Positions 8,898-20,307 of a stretch of DNA of 35,958 nucleotides are shown here, in pieces (within the stretch, counting starts at the first letter, position 1; every line of letters begins with the position of its first letter). The notes under the pieces were generated by a model that saw only the letters and a program-made list of their open reading frames with translations, was not told the origin of the DNA and searched no databases. The translations under genes and the position numbers were made by a program. Origin of the DNA: Snowella sp. (GTDB lineage: Bacteria > Cyanobacteriota > Cyanobacteriia > Cyanobacteriales > Microcystaceae); NCBI GenBank assembly GCA_035285545.1, contig JAYKGY010000069.1, positions 1-35,958 of the forward strand, read 5' to 3'.

Positions 8898-10175
8898 TCA
8901 CGCTTTAACTTTCGCGATCGCCTTATCGAGAATAGCAAGAGCTTGAGCCACTTCGGCCTCGGATACAATCAAAGGCGGAACAAAACGCAATACTTTCGGG
9001 CCAGCAGGAGCTAAGAGTAAACCTTCGGCTAAGGCGGCATTGACAATTTCGATGGAAGTTACGTTGCTTTCTGCATTAATTTCCATGCCGTTGATCAAAC
9101 CCCAACCGCGCACATCCGTAAATAAAGAACCGTATTTTTGAGCGAGATTTTTTAGTCCTGCTCGTAGTTGCTCGCCCCGCGCTTGAACGTTATCTAATAA
9201 ATGATCCTGTTCGATAGTCTGTAAAACGCTTAAAGCAGAAGCACAAACCAAGGGATTGCCCCCAAAGGTACTGGCATGATTGCCTGGCTCAAAGACATCA
9301 CAGAATTTTTTGCACATCATCGCTCCGATGGGAACGCCCCCTGCTAATCCCTTGGCACTGGTAAAGATATCGGGTTCAACGCCTAGATTTTCGTAACCCC
9401 AGAGTTTGCCTGTCCGACCAATACCGACTTGGACTTCATCAAAAACCAGTAAGATGTCGTTTTGATCGCAGATTTGCCGTAAGCGTTGGAAATACTGAAT
9501 GTCACCAGGACGAACGCCGCCTTCTCCTTGTAGGGGTTCCAACATAATAGCCGCTACCCGACGGTTGCCCTCATCGAGATCCGTCACGGCATCCTCGATC
9601 GCGCCGATGTCGTTGTAGGGAACATAGGCAAAACCAGGCATCAGGGGTTCAAAATGCTGTTGATATTTGGGTTGACCTGTTGCAGTAATGGTAGCCAAAG
9701 TACGACCATGAAAACTGGCTTTTGCGGTTAAGATAACGGGCTGTTCGAGAAAATCTAACACCGTATGGGCATATTTCCGCACTAATTTAATCGCCGCTTC
9801 ATTGGCCTCTGCGCCTGAATTACAGAAAAAGACGCGATCGGCACAGGAATGTTCAACGATCCATTTCGCTAACTCCCCTTGTTCGGGAACGTAATATAAA
9901 TTAGAGACGTGGTGTAATTTTTGAATTTGCTCTGATAGGGTTTTTACCAAAGCAGGATGGGCATGGCCCAAGGTACAGGTGGCAATACCTGCGACGAAAT
10001 CTAAATATTCTTTTCCTTCCGTATCCCAAAGCCGACATCCCTGCCCTTTCGCGATCGCGATGGGAAATCGACCATAGGTGTTCATCACATAGGTATTGAA
10101 ATCCTCTTGATTAAATGAGCTAGAAGCGGTAGAAATGGATTCGGGGGGATTGTCAAGCAGCGTTGTTTGGCTCAC
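8898..10175 (-). CDS. argD: Acetylornithine aminotransferase
   Basis: Class III PLP aminotransferase motifs: YLDFVAGIA, FFCNSGAEANE, SFHGRT, FDEVQVG.GRTG, SAKGLAGG, HASTFGGNP. Confidence 0.93.
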   Translation of the reverse strand: MSQTTLLDNPPESISTASSSFNQEDFNTYVMNTYGRFPIAIAKGQGCRLWDTEGKEYLDFVAGIATCTLGHAHPALVKTLSEQIQKLHHVSNLYYVPEQGELAKWIVEHSCADRVFFCNSGAEANEAAIKLVRKYAHTVLDFLEQPVILTAKASFHGRTLATITATGQPKYQQHFEPLMPGFAYVPYNDIGAIEDAVTDLDEGNRRVAAIMLEPLQGEGGVRPGDIQYFQRLRQICDQNDILLVFDEVQVGIGRTGKLWGYENLGVEPDIFTSAKGLAGGVPIGAMMCKKFCDVFEPGNHASTFGGNPLVCASALSVLQTIEQDHLLDNVQARGEQLRAGLKNLAQKYGSLFTDVRGWGLINGMEINAESNVTSIEIVNAALAEGLLLAPAGPKVLRFVPPLIVSEAEVAQALAILDKAIAKVKA

Positions 10176-10341
10176 AATGAACTCCTGATTCGAGGTGGCA
10201 ATAGGGATTTTTAAAGCATTATATTTCAGCGTAGGGGAAAAGGTTGTCGAGTCAATCTCAAACCTAATCTGAATTTTATGATCTTAAATCGATTTTTACC
10301 CTTGCGGGCCGTATTTTCATGAACCCAAGACATTATTCCCC

Positions 10342-11415
10342 GTGTTAAATACCAGAGAGCAGCAAATCCGTCGTTTTCATCAAGAGTTTTTGGGAGGAAT
10401 TGGTGCCCTCGTGGGACTATTTTTTACCGGAACCTTTTGGTATCACTTCGTTGAAAAGTGGTCGTGGATTGATTCAGCCTACATGACCATGAGTACGCTG
10501 GCAACCGTGGGTTTTGGGGAAATTCATCCCCTCGATGAAAGATCTCGTTTGTTTACCATTTTTCTGATTTTCATGGGAGCGATTACCATTGGGTATATGA
10601 TCAATCGCTTTACGGAAGCATTCATTCAAGGTTATTTTCAAGAGGGAATTCGGCAAAGGCAGGAACGAAAAGTGTTAGCAAATTTAACAAATCATTATAT
10701 TTTGTGTGGTTTTGGGCGGACGGGTTGCCAGATTGCGTCAGAATTCCAAACAGAGGGGATTAATTTTCTGATTATTGAGGCTGATCCCGTTCAAGGAGAG
10801 CGAGCTAAAAGCTTGGGCTATCAAGTCTTAGTCGGTGATGCAACTTTAGATGATTCTTTATTGACAGCCAAGATTGATCAAGCGAACTGTATTGTCGCAG
10901 CCTTAACCTCCGATGCGGAAAATCTCTACACGGTATTATCCGCCAAGACCCTCAATCCCAAGATTCGGGCGATCGCGCGGGCCAGTACTGAGGAAGCTGT
11001 CCAAAAATTACAACGGGCCGGCGCTGATGAAGTGGTTTCTCCCTATATTACCGGCGGTAAACGCCTTGCTGCTGCTGCCTTAAGACCCCAGGTGGTGGAT
11101 TTCGTCGATGGGATTTTAACAGGGGCAGATCGTTCCTTTTATATGGAAGAATTTCGCATTGAAGGCGGTGATTGTCCCTATATTGGGCAAAGCTTGAGTG
11201 AAGCGAGGTTACGTTCCCAATCGGGGGCGTTAGTTTTAGCGATTCGTCGCAGCGATCGCAATCTAATTGTGGGGCCGGTGGGAGAAACCTTGTTATTGGA
11301 TGGAGACTCTCTGATTTGTTTGGGAACAGTTGAACAATTACGCAGTTTGAACGCCATTCTATCCCCCAAAAATCCTTCAACTTTACGGTTACCAAATCAT
11401 CTAGCCAATAGTTGA
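10342..11415 (+). CDS. 2-TM potassium channel with RCK (TrkA-N/TrkA-C) domains
   Basis: Pore filter TLATVGFGE, Rossmann motif HYILCGFGRTG, and C-terminal TrkA-C-like VLAIRR...GD.L. Confidence 0.9.
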   Translation: MLNTREQQIRRFHQEFLGGIGALVGLFFTGTFWYHFVEKWSWIDSAYMTMSTLATVGFGEIHPLDERSRLFTIFLIFMGAITIGYMINRFTEAFIQGYFQEGIRQRQERKVLANLTNHYILCGFGRTGCQIASEFQTEGINFLIIEADPVQGERAKSLGYQVLVGDATLDDSLLTAKIDQANCIVAALTSDAENLYTVLSAKTLNPKIRAIARASTEEAVQKLQRAGADEVVSPYITGGKRLAAAALRPQVVDFVDGILTGADRSFYMEEFRIEGGDCPYIGQSLSEARLRSQSGALVLAIRRSDRNLIVGPVGETLLLDGDSLICLGTVEQLRSLNAILSPKNPSTLRLPNHLANS

Positions 11416-11513
11416 CAGGGTTGGGGGCCGCGATCGCCCATTGCCGATAATTTTAGCCTTCCAAACTAGCGTAAAATAAAGGCTGATCGGCTATTTGCTT
11501 CCCTCGAACTTCC

Positions 11514-13025
11514 ATGCCCTCCGATTACCTTGAACGCATCCTTAAAGCCCGTGTTTATGATGTTGCCCAGGAAACGCCTTTAGATTATGCAGCCAACCTG
11601 TCGGCCCGTCTGAACAATCAGATTTACTTTAAACGAGAAGATTTGCAACCTGTCTTTTCTTTTAAATTGCGGGGAGCCTATAACAAAATGGCCCAACTGT
11701 CCCCGGATTTATTGCAAAAAGGCGTTATTGCCGCTTCAGCCGGAAATCATGCTCAAGGGGTTGCGCTCGGTGCGGCTAAATTAGGGACGCGATCGCTGAT
11801 TGTGATGCCCGTCACTACCCCCCAAGTCAAAATTGATGCAGTCAAAGCGCGGGGTGGCGTAGTAGTCTTGCATGGAGAAACCTACGATGATGCCTATGCC
11901 TATGCGCGTCAATTGGAGCAGGAAAAAGGCTTAACCTTTATTCATCCCTTTAATGATCCCGATGTCATTGCGGGTCAGGGCACTATCGGCATGGAAATTT
12001 TGCGCCAGTACCAAAAGCCCATTCATGCCATCTTTGTCGCGATCGGCGGCGGTGGTTTAATCTCCGGCATTGCTGCCTATGTGAAACGCCTATATCCCGA
12101 AATTAAAATTATTGGGGTTGAACCCATGGATGCCGATGCCATGTCCCAATCTCTCAAGTTAGGCCATCGCGTTAAACTACCCCAAGTAGGCTTATTTGCT
12201 GATGGGGTTGCGGTTCGAGAAGTCGGGGATGAAACCTTTCGCCTTTGCCAACAATATGTCGATGAAATTATTTTGGTGGGAACTGATGATACCTGCGCCG
12301 CTATCAAGGACGTTTTTGAGGATACGCGGTCTATCTTAGAACCGGCAGGGGCATTGGCGATCGCGGGAGTAAAAGCCTATGTCGAACGGGAAGGGATTAC
12401 AGGAGAAACCCTAATTGCCGTTGCCTGTGGTGCCAATATGAACTTCGACCGTTTACGATTTGTGGCAGAACGGGCGGAATACGGGGAAAGACGGGAAGCC
12501 ATTTTTGCGGTCAAGATTCCTGAAAAGCAGGGCAGCTTAAAGAAATTTTGTGAATGTTTAGGAAAAAATAGTTTAACTGAATTTAGTTATCGCATTGCCG
12601 ATCGCGAAGAAGCCCACATTTTTGTCGGATTACAAATCCAAAATCGGGAGGATGCGACCCGTATGGCTGAAACCTTTGAAAAGCATGGTTTCGAGACCAT
12701 TGATCTAACCGATGATGAACTCACTAAATTGCACTTGCGGCACATGGTCGGGGGGCGATCAACCTTAGCTGAAAACGAATTACTGTATCGCTTTGAATTT
12801 CCTGAACGACCAGGCGCGTTGATGAAATTTCTACAATGTATGAGTCCTGACTGGAATATTAGTTTGTTCCATTATCGCAATCATGGGGCTGACTACGGGC
12901 GTATTGTGGTGGGAATGCAGGTTCCCCCCGATGAAATGGAAGATTGGCAAGCCTTTTTAGATACCTTAGGCTATCCTTATTCGGATGAAACCCATAACCC
13001 TGCCTATAAATTATTTTTGGGATAG
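11514..13025 (+). CDS. ilvA: Threonine dehydratase (ammonia-lyase), biosynthetic
   Basis: KREDLQPVFSFKLRGAYN, ASAGNHAQGVA, and two C-terminal ACT-like regulatory domains (FPERPGAL). Confidence 0.96.
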   Translation: MPSDYLERILKARVYDVAQETPLDYAANLSARLNNQIYFKREDLQPVFSFKLRGAYNKMAQLSPDLLQKGVIAASAGNHAQGVALGAAKLGTRSLIVMPVTTPQVKIDAVKARGGVVVLHGETYDDAYAYARQLEQEKGLTFIHPFNDPDVIAGQGTIGMEILRQYQKPIHAIFVAIGGGGLISGIAAYVKRLYPEIKIIGVEPMDADAMSQSLKLGHRVKLPQVGLFADGVAVREVGDETFRLCQQYVDEIILVGTDDTCAAIKDVFEDTRSILEPAGALAIAGVKAYVEREGITGETLIAVACGANMNFDRLRFVAERAEYGERREAIFAVKIPEKQGSLKKFCECLGKNSLTEFSYRIADREEAHIFVGLQIQNREDATRMAETFEKHGFETIDLTDDELTKLHLRHMVGGRSTLAENELLYRFEFPERPGALMKFLQCMSPDWNISLFHYRNHGADYGRIVVGMQVPPDEMEDWQAFLDTLGYPYSDETHNPAYKLFLG

Positions 13026-13084
13026 GGAAAATTTGCAGAAAATTCAAAGTAAAACTAGGGCTGTCCTGGAAAATCGGGATACAG

Positions 13085-13435
13085 TCACTTCACCACGCCG
13101 ACAACAAGAGCCAAAACAACGCCTACCACCACCGAGCGATTAATAAATTCTTGGGTATCTAGGCGTTTGCCAATTCCATCAATTTTCGCATCTAACGCTT
13201 TGATATCGCCTTTTAACTCTCCCTCAAGGCTTTTCATATCGCGCTTAAGTTCCCCTTCAAGGCTTTTCATATCGCTCTTAAGTTCCCCTTCAAGGCTTTT
13301 CATATCACGCTTAAGTTCCCCTTCAAGCCTGGCGATCGCGACCTTGACATCACTGACATCTTTTTTAAGATCATCAAGCTTTTGCTCAAACTTCACTAAA
13401 TATTCTTTTAAATCAGACTCAATTGTAATCGCCAT
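13085..13435 (-). CDS. Coiled-coil protein with 11-aa repeats and C-terminal membrane anchor (CCDC90/Bdr-like architecture)
   Basis: LEGELKRDMKS-type repeats; hydrophobic tail VVVGVVLALVVGVVK. Confidence 0.75.
   Translation of the reverse strand: MAITIESDLKEYLVKFEQKLDDLKKDVSDVKVAIARLEGELKRDMKSLEGELKSDMKSLEGELKRDMKSLEGELKGDIKALDAKIDGIGKRLDTQEFINRSVVVGVVLALVVGVVK
13195..13326. repeat. 33-bp in-frame tandem repeat, 3 near-identical copies plus 1 degenerate
   Basis: GGCTTTTCATATCGCGCTTAAGTTCCCCTTCAA-like units at 13228, 13261 and 13294; degenerate unit at 13195. Confidence 0.9.
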
Positions 13436-13525
13436 TGCTTTAGCTCTTTTAACTAAACTTTATCGTTATTCTGTTTAATTTATCTTAATGGCCTGTAGTC
13501 TCTGTTTTATTTTATCCTGATCATT

Positions 13526-13553
13526 AAAAAAGCCCCCTAGTATTGAGAGGGCT
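13526..13553 (-). terminator. Intrinsic terminator of tkt
   Basis: Minus strand AGCCCTCT...AGGGGGCT followed by TTTTT. Confidence 0.65.
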
Positions 13554-13581
13554 ATAGGTTATTCAATTAATAAATAATGAA

Positions 13582-15594
13582 TTAGCCTAATAGGGCTTTA
13601 GCTTTAGCCAAGACATTATCAACGCTGAAACCAAATTCTTTCATACAGGTTCCACCAGGAGCAGACGCGCCAAAGCGATCAATGCTCACCGTGTCGCCTT
13701 CGGTTCCAACGTATTTATGCCAACCGAAGCTTGCACCTGCTTCAACGGATAAGCGTTTGGTAACGGCTTTCGGGAGAACGGATTCTTTGTAAGCGGCATC
13801 TTGAGCCTCAAATAATTCCCAAGACGGCATGGAAACCACCCGAACTTTTTTACCTTCAGTCGCTAATTTTCCAGCCGCATCGATACCCAAACTCACTTCA
13901 GATCCAGTTGCAAGGATGATTAAATCAGGGGTTCCTTCACAATCGAGAACGGCATAAGCACCTTTAGTTACCCCTTCAATCGAAGTGTTGCTTAAGTTGG
14001 GAACATTTTGACGGGTGAAAGCTAACAGGGTGGGTCGATTTTGCTTAGCCAGTTCAATCGCGACTTTATAAGCCCCAGAGGTTTCGTTTCCGTCGGCAGG
14101 ACGAATGACCGTTAAGTCTGGGATAGCCCGTAAAGAGGCGAGGGTTTCAATGGGTTGGTGGGTGGGCCCGTCTTCCCCTTGACCAATAGAGTCATGGGTC
14201 ATTACCCAAATTACGCCGGCTTCAGATAGGGCAGAAAGACGGATAGCAGCCCGCATGTAGTCGGTGAAGATCAAGAAGGTCGCACCGTAGGGGATTAAGC
14301 CCGAATTGTGCAATGCCATCCCGTTACAGATCGCGCCCATTGCGTGTTCCCGTACCCCAAAGTGGATATTACGGTTTTGGAATTGACCTTTTTGGAAATC
14401 TCCAGATCCTTTAATTTCGGTAAGGTTGGAGTGGGTTAAATCCGCCGAACCACCCAATAATTCAGGTAATACGGGTGCTAATTTGTTGAGACAGATTTCG
14501 GAATGTTTCCGAGTCGGTAAGGCTTTGTCTTCTGCGGTATAGGTCGGGAGAACATCCGCCCATCCTTCGGGTAGTTGCTTACTAAGTAAACGCTCAAATT
14601 CAGCCGCTTCGGTGGGATATTTAGTCTTGTATTGAGCGAAGGCTTGATTCCATTCGGCTTCGTAGCTGGCACCCCGTTCTACTGCTTTACGGGTATAGGC
14701 TAAGACATCATCGGGAATTTCAAAGGGCCCGTAGTTCCAACCTAAGCTTTGACGGGTGAGGGCAGTTTCATCAGCCCCTAAAGCTGCACCGTGAACCCCT
14801 GCGGTATTAGCTTTGTTGGGAGAGCCATAACCGATGGTAGTGGTAACTTTGATCATGCTGGGTTTGTCGGTAACGGCTTTCGCTTCTTCAATCGCTTTGG
14901 CGATCGCGTCTAAATCCGTATTTCCGTTTTCCACATGGAGGACGTGCCAACCATAGGATTCAAAGCGTTTGCTGACATCTTCGGTAAAAGCAACATCGGT
15001 CGAACCATCAATCGAAATATGGTTGTCGTCGTAGAGCGCAATTAATTTACCCAATCCCCAGTGACCGGCAATGGAAGCGGCTTCACCTGAAATTCCTTCC
15101 ATGTTGCAACCATCACCCAAAATGACATAGGTGTAATGGTCAACAATCTTGGCATCAGGTTTGTTGTATTTAGCCGCTAAATGGGCTTCTGCCAAAGCTA
15201 AACCCACACCGTTAGCAATCCCTTGACCTAAAGGCCCTGTGGTCACTTCGACACCAGCGGTAACAAAATTTTCAGGATGTCCTGGCGTTTTGGAACCCCA
15301 TTGACGGAATTGTTTAATATCATCGATGGAGACGCTATCGTAGCCCGTTAAGTAAAGCAGCGCATACTGCAACATGGAGCCATGACCCGCCGAGAGGACG
15401 AAGCGATCGCGATTGAACCACTGGGGATTTTTGGGATTGAAGCGCATGAACTTATCCCAGAGGACAAATCCCATTGGAGCCGCCCCCATCGGTAAACCAG
15501 GGTGACCAGAGTTGGATTTATTAATCGCATCAACGGCTAAAAAGCGGATGGCATTAATACAAAGTTCTTCAAGGGATTGAGTAGCAGCAACCAT
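13582..15594 (-). CDS. tkt: Transketolase
   Basis: [31 protein letters not shown] motif [15 protein letters not shown] and EDGPTHQP. Confidence 0.97.
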   Translation of the reverse strand: MVAATQSLEELCINAIRFLAVDAINKSNSGHPGLPMGAAPMGFVLWDKFMRFNPKNPQWFNRDRFVLSAGHGSMLQYALLYLTGYDSVSIDDIKQFRQWGSKTPGHPENFVTAGVEVTTGPLGQGIANGVGLALAEAHLAAKYNKPDAKIVDHYTYVILGDGCNMEGISGEAASIAGHWGLGKLIALYDDNHISIDGSTDVAFTEDVSKRFESYGWHVLHVENGNTDLDAIAKAIEEAKAVTDKPSMIKVTTTIGYGSPNKANTAGVHGAALGADETALTRQSLGWNYGPFEIPDDVLAYTRKAVERGASYEAEWNQAFAQYKTKYPTEAAEFERLLSKQLPEGWADVLPTYTAEDKALPTRKHSEICLNKLAPVLPELLGGSADLTHSNLTEIKGSGDFQKGQFQNRNIHFGVREHAMGAICNGMALHNSGLIPYGATFLIFTDYMRAAIRLSALSEAGVIWVMTHDSIGQGEDGPTHQPIETLASLRAIPDLTVIRPADGNETSGAYKVAIELAKQNRPTLLAFTRQNVPNLSNTSIEGVTKGAYAVLDCEGTPDLIILATGSEVSLGIDAAGKLATEGKKVRVVSMPSWELFEAQDAAYKESVLPKAVTKRLSVEAGASFGWHKYVGTEGDTVSIDRFGASAPGGTCMKEFGFSVDNVLAKAKALLG

Positions 15595-15646
15595 AATAAT
15601 TTTTGGAATGAACGAAAGATAGAACAGTTGATTAAGTTAAATTTAA

Positions 15647-15695
15647 GATGGGAAGGACGGGGAACACGGTAACAGTTTGCCTCTATCTTCCCATC
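15647..15695. other. Stem-loop in the fabF-tkt spacer
   Basis: GATGGGAAG (15647-15655) / CTTCCCATC (15687-15695), perfect 9-bp arms. Confidence 0.5.
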
Positions 15696-15707
15696 ATCGG
15701 GGAATCG

Positions 15708-16958
15708 TTAACGATATTTTTTAAAAGCTAACGTCACATTATGACCACCAAAGCCAAAGGAATTGGATAAGGCAACTTCGATGGGCAAGGAACGACTGCT
15801 GCCAGGAACATAATCTAAATCACAATCTGGATCAGGGTTTTCTAAGTTAATGGTAGGGGGAACGCTATCGTTAGCGATCGCCATGACTGTCGCCACTGCT
15901 TCAATACCGCCCGATCCACCCAATAGGTGCCCTGTCATGGATTTAGTCGAACTAACTGCAATGTTATACGCATGGGAACCTAAGGCTTTTTTAATGGCAC
16001 TGGTTTCTGTCACATCATTGGCCGGAGTGCTGGTTCCGTGAGCGTTAATATAATTAACTTCTTCAGGAGATAAGCCCCCATCCTGTAGGGCTAACTCGAT
16101 AGCACGGGTGGCACCATGACCGCCAGGGACAGGACTCGTCATGTGGTACGCATCACAGGTCATACCGTAGCCCACCATTTCGGCATAAATTTTTGCCCCT
16201 CTCGCCAAAGCATGTTCCAATTCTTCGAGTAATAAAATCCCGGCTCCTTCTCCCATGACAAAACCATCACGGTCTTTATCAAACGGACGAGATGCATGGA
16301 GGGGATCATCATTACGGAAAGAGAGGGCTTTAGCCGACGCAAACCCTGCAACGGAAATATGGGTGACAGCCGCTTCCGTTCCACCACAAATCATGGCCTT
16401 AGCATAGCCATTTTGAACCAAGCGAAAGGCATCACCAATGGCGTTTGAACCTGCTGCACAGGCCGTGACCGTACAGGAATTGGGGCCTTTTGCTCCCAAG
16501 TTAATCGCCGTCAGTCCCGCCGCCATATTAGCAATCATCATGGGAATCATGAAGGGGCTACAACGACTAGGACCTTTGGTTAAATAAATTTCTTCTTGAT
16601 CTTCTAGAACTTTAATTCCCCCAATCCCTGTACCAATCAAGACACCAATCTGATCTGCATTAAGGTCATTGATGACAAACCGAGCATCGGCGATCGCTTG
16701 TTGGCTGGCAACCACCCCAAATTGGGCAAACCGATCCATCCGTTTCGCTTCCTTGCGGTCTAGAAATTGAGTCGGATCAAACCCTTTCACTTCGCCTGCA
16801 AAGCGGCAAGCATGGTTAGATGCATCAAAATGGGTAATTGGGCCAATACCATTCGCCCCAGCCATTAGCCCTTGCCAGTATTCCTCTAAGGTATTGCCAA
16901 TGGGAGTAATCGCGCCTAAACCGGTGACAACAACTCGTTTTTTCTCTAAATTTGCCAT
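15708..16958 (-). CDS. fabF: 3-oxoacyl-ACP synthase II
   Basis: RVVVTGLG, TACAAG, NAHGTST, KSMTGHLLG and SNSFGFGGHN; directly downstream of acpP. Confidence 0.96.
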   Translation of the reverse strand: MANLEKKRVVVTGLGAITPIGNTLEEYWQGLMAGANGIGPITHFDASNHACRFAGEVKGFDPTQFLDRKEAKRMDRFAQFGVVASQQAIADARFVINDLNADQIGVLIGTGIGGIKVLEDQEEIYLTKGPSRCSPFMIPMMIANMAAGLTAINLGAKGPNSCTVTACAAGSNAIGDAFRLVQNGYAKAMICGGTEAAVTHISVAGFASAKALSFRNDDPLHASRPFDKDRDGFVMGEGAGILLLEELEHALARGAKIYAEMVGYGMTCDAYHMTSPVPGGHGATRAIELALQDGGLSPEEVNYINAHGTSTPANDVTETSAIKKALGSHAYNIAVSSTKSMTGHLLGGSGGIEAVATVMAIANDSVPPTINLENPDPDCDLDYVPGSSRSLPIEVALSNSFGFGGHNVTLAFKKYR

Positions 16959-17055
16959 GATCCTTGTTTGTATTGGGGCTTACTGACCCAGAATGCAGAT
17001 AAAAAAAGGTGACTTAGAATGTCAGGTTAATTTTTAAGGATAGAGGCCAATCCCT

Positions 17056-17295
17056 TTATTCTGAAACTTCGGCAATATGGGCAACCGCTTTACCGACGGT
17101 ATCAATTTGTTCGGCAGCTTCATCAGGGATTTCAATATCAAACTCTTCTTCTAAGGCCATGACCAGTTCGACCGTATCTAGGGAGTCGGCACCCAGATCA
17201 TTGGCAAAACTTGCTTCAGGGGTTACTGCATCCGGTTCAACTTCTAATTGTTCAACAACAATTGCTTTAACTCTGTCAAAAATTGCTTGGTTCAT
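17056..17295 (-). CDS. acpP: Acyl carrier protein
   Basis: [20 protein letters not shown] phosphopantetheine motif. Confidence 0.97.
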   Translation of the reverse strand: MNQAIFDRVKAIVVEQLEVEPDAVTPEASFANDLGADSLDTVELVMALEEEFDIEIPDEAAEQIDTVGKAVAHIAEVSE

Positions 17296-17588
17296 TGATA
17301 TTTGATAAAATAGCCGCTAGAAACCTTGTACCGTAAACATTACAAGGAGGAAGCAGGGCGGGGATTACTACTTCCTTATAACCATAAATCTGAATTGTCA
17401 GCATTTTCTATCTTATCGGAAGAGGCATCCTCCTATCTATTTTTTCTCAAAATTTCTGCGATCGCTGTAACCAAATCCTACAATCATTGCGCTCTTGAGA
17501 GATGAATATCGATACCCCCTTCAAATTGAGCGATCGCGCTACGGAGCGGAGGAAGACGTTGTAGGAAAATTCGACTCATCAACAATCC

Positions 17589-18602
17589 CTAACGCCCATA
17601 ATGACCCCCCGTTACTTTGCCCCGAAAAACAATGTATTGATACAGGTTGTAGAACACCATGACAGGGATGAGAAATCCAATAAAAATAATCATAATCACC
17701 AGAGAACTCGGATCGGCAGCGGCATTATAAATGGTAATTTGGGAAGGAATAATATAGGGAAAAACCACCAAAGCTAGCCCGATAAAGGTGAGTACAAAAA
17801 TTAAAATTGTCCAAATAAATGGCGCACGCTCTTGTTTACGATTCAGACTGCTTAGGAGTTGCCAAATCAAAAAAATCCCGAAAAAGGGAATCGCGGCAAA
17901 GAGATAGATCAGGGGATACTGAAATAAGCGATCGCGGGTATTTTCGTAAAAAAGCGGCGTAGAAATTGTAATAAAGATTGCACCGAGTAGGGTTGTCCAA
18001 GCGGCAATTTTAGCGGTTCGATAATGGGTTTGCTGTAATTCATCGGTCGTTTTCCAAATGAGATAGGTGGAACCAATCAGAACGTAACCTTGAATAAGCG
18101 TTAAAGCCACTAAAATTGATTGCCAACTCAACCAATCCCAGTTCCCTCCCCTAAAATGCCCTGCATTATCGACTTGAATTCCTTTTAAGACGGCTCCCAG
18201 GGCGAAACCTTGGCCCAACGCAGCGGTAAAACTGCCAATACCAAAGGCAAAATTCCAAAACCATTTCCGATTTGCTTGTTCTCGAAATTCAAAGGCGATC
18301 GCCCGAAAAATAAAACCAAATACCATCAGGAGGATCGGAATATACAACGCGCTCAAAATCGTGGCATAGGCTAGGGGAAATGCCCCAAATAAGCCTCCTC
18401 CCATCAAAACCAGCCAGGTTTCATTGGCATCCCAAATATTACTCAAGCTAGTCATTAAAATACTCCGTCGTTCCTCACTCGAAGAAGTTAGCGACAAAAT
18501 GCCGACCCCCAGATCAAAGCCATCTAAAATGACATAGAAAAAGAGAAAAAGGGCGAGAATGCCAAACCAAACCTGGGGTAAAAAATAACTCAGGGTTTCC
18601 AT
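17589..18602 (-). CDS. cydB: Cytochrome bd ubiquinol oxidase subunit II
   Basis: LDGFDLGVG, WDANETWLV.GG.LFGAFP and FRAIAFEFR. Confidence 0.95.
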   Translation of the reverse strand: METLSYFLPQVWFGILALFLFFYVILDGFDLGVGILSLTSSSEERRSILMTSLSNIWDANETWLVLMGGGLFGAFPLAYATILSALYIPILLMVFGFIFRAIAFEFREQANRKWFWNFAFGIGSFTAALGQGFALGAVLKGIQVDNAGHFRGGNWDWLSWQSILVALTLIQGYVLIGSTYLIWKTTDELQQTHYRTAKIAAWTTLLGAIFITISTPLFYENTRDRLFQYPLIYLFAAIPFFGIFLIWQLLSSLNRKQERAPFIWTILIFVLTFIGLALVVFPYIIPSQITIYNAAADPSSLVIMIIFIGFLIPVMVFYNLYQYIVFRGKVTGGHYGR

Positions 18603-18609
18603 GATTTTC

Positions 18610-20055
18610 CTACTGCTTTGCTTCTACAGGCCGTTCATTGGGAATAAATTCGCCTGGTGGAGTCGCGATCGCGGGTTGGTCGGCTTCTAATCCAGGAATC
18701 GGTAAATCCAAGCGGGGGCCTCGACGGACAATACGGCTCCCAAAGTAGAGGTAGGCCATTAGCAATAAAATGTAAGTCACCGTAAAACCTGTGAGGGATA
18801 CTAAAACGTTACTCGCAGGAATCGGGGAAGCGGAATCAACAGTGCGAATTTGCCCGTACAGTGTCCAAGGTTGCCGTCCCACACAGCGCACAATCCAGCC
18901 GGTATCAATGGCAATAAACCCTAACGGAGCTGCCCACATCCAAGCTCGCATCAGCCACCGTTGCTGGTCAATCGTTTCTGCCGAAAGTTTCCCCATGCCC
19001 CAATAAATAACGCTACCGAGCATTAAACCCGCTAAGGCAAACCCAATACCAATCATGGTACGAAAAGCATAGTAAATCAGTCCCACCAAGCGGGGTCGGT
19101 CTTCAGGGAGCCATTCCTTTAAACCGTAAACGGGTTCCGATAATTTTTCTTTAAACGCCAAAATATAGCCGAGTCCCTTGGGAATAACTATTTCCCAGTC
19201 ATTTTTCTCTGCTTGATTATTGGGCAAAGCCAGTAAACTCCAATCGGCCGCCATTCCCGCCGGTGTGGTATTCCATTGGGCTTCCATTGCCGCTAGTTTT
19301 TCGGGTTGATAGCGATAAACCTGTTCCGCGCTTAAATGACCTGCATAAATTTGTAGGGGAGCAACGGCGATCGCAACGGCTAGGGCGATTTTAAAAGATT
19401 TGGCAAAAAAAGCTGTATGACGCTGGTTAAGAATATACCAAGCACTAATTCCGCCTAAAACAAAAACCGAAGTTTCCAACGTCGCTAAAAACATGTGGAG
19501 GATACTTTTGGCCATGAAAGGATTGGCGATCGCCTGAAAATAATCATGAACGATAAACTTGCCATGAATCATTTCTCCGCCAGCGGGGGTTTGCATCCAG
19601 GAATTAGCCGTTAAAATCCAAACTGTGGATAGATTTGCCCCAATCGCGACCAAAATAGTAGAAAGATAATGAATAGCCGGATTAACCCGTTCCCAACCAA
19701 AGAGCATAATCCCTAAAAAAGCCGCTTCTAACATAAAAGCCCAGGACGCTTCAAAGCCAATCACACTCCCGAAAAAATTACCAACGGCTTCAGAAAACGG
19801 GGCCCAATTGGTTCCAAACTGAAACTCCATGGGAATCCCCGTTGCCACCCCCACCCCAAAATTTAAAGCGTAGAGTTTAGCCCAAAAACGCGCATGAAAG
19901 TAATAGTTCGGATCACGAGTTTTTAACCACAATCCTTCAATAATGACAAGATAAATCCCCAACCCGGTGGTTAAGGTGGGCCAAAGCATGTGAATACTGG
20001 CTGTCAGTGCAAATTGCATTCGAGACAACACCACGGTATCAGAGAAAAAATCCAT
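18610..20055 (-). CDS. cydA: Cytochrome bd ubiquinol oxidase subunit I
   Basis: SRMQFA...H, EFQFGTNW, LEAAFLG, ANSWMQTP, QPEKLAAME and GRQPW. Confidence 0.95.
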   Translation of the reverse strand: MDFFSDTVVLSRMQFALTASIHMLWPTLTTGLGIYLVIIEGLWLKTRDPNYYFHARFWAKLYALNFGVGVATGIPMEFQFGTNWAPFSEAVGNFFGSVIGFEASWAFMLEAAFLGIMLFGWERVNPAIHYLSTILVAIGANLSTVWILTANSWMQTPAGGEMIHGKFIVHDYFQAIANPFMAKSILHMFLATLETSVFVLGGISAWYILNQRHTAFFAKSFKIALAVAIAVAPLQIYAGHLSAEQVYRYQPEKLAAMEAQWNTTPAGMAADWSLLALPNNQAEKNDWEIVIPKGLGYILAFKEKLSEPVYGLKEWLPEDRPRLVGLIYYAFRTMIGIGFALAGLMLGSVIYWGMGKLSAETIDQQRWLMRAWMWAAPLGFIAIDTGWIVRCVGRQPWTLYGQIRTVDSASPIPASNVLVSLTGFTVTYILLLMAYLYFGSRIVRRGPRLDLPIPGLEADQPAIATPPGEFIPNERPVEAKQ

Positions 20056-20291
20056 GAAAATGTCCTAATTAATGGCTGCTAGAAACGTTAACACCACCCC
20101 TCTTGCCCCCATCTTAATCTTCAGACAGATGAGCAAACCTAGCAGGAGAAGGAGTTCAGCCCGATTCAAGCTCTACTAAAAGGATGATGTCTATGCAGCG
20201 GGGTTTGTCCTATCTCCCTACAAAGCCAGATAATGTCAAGTAGAAACTTCGGGTTAAAATTAAAGCACCCAACTTCAAAAACATCCGTGAA

Positions 20292-20307
20292 GTTCGGAAA
20301 TCTGCAC
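20292..20307 (+). promoter_or_regulatory. K-box-like element upstream of grpE-dnaK
   Basis: GTTCGG-AAAT-CTGCAC versus the cyanobacterial K-box consensus GTTCGG-NNAN-CCNNAC (1 mismatch). Confidence 0.45.

Noticed and set aside
13195..13326. CRISPR-like 33-bp periodicity
   Set aside because: Units are contiguous with no spacers and encode an in-frame coiled-coil repeat; no cas genes.
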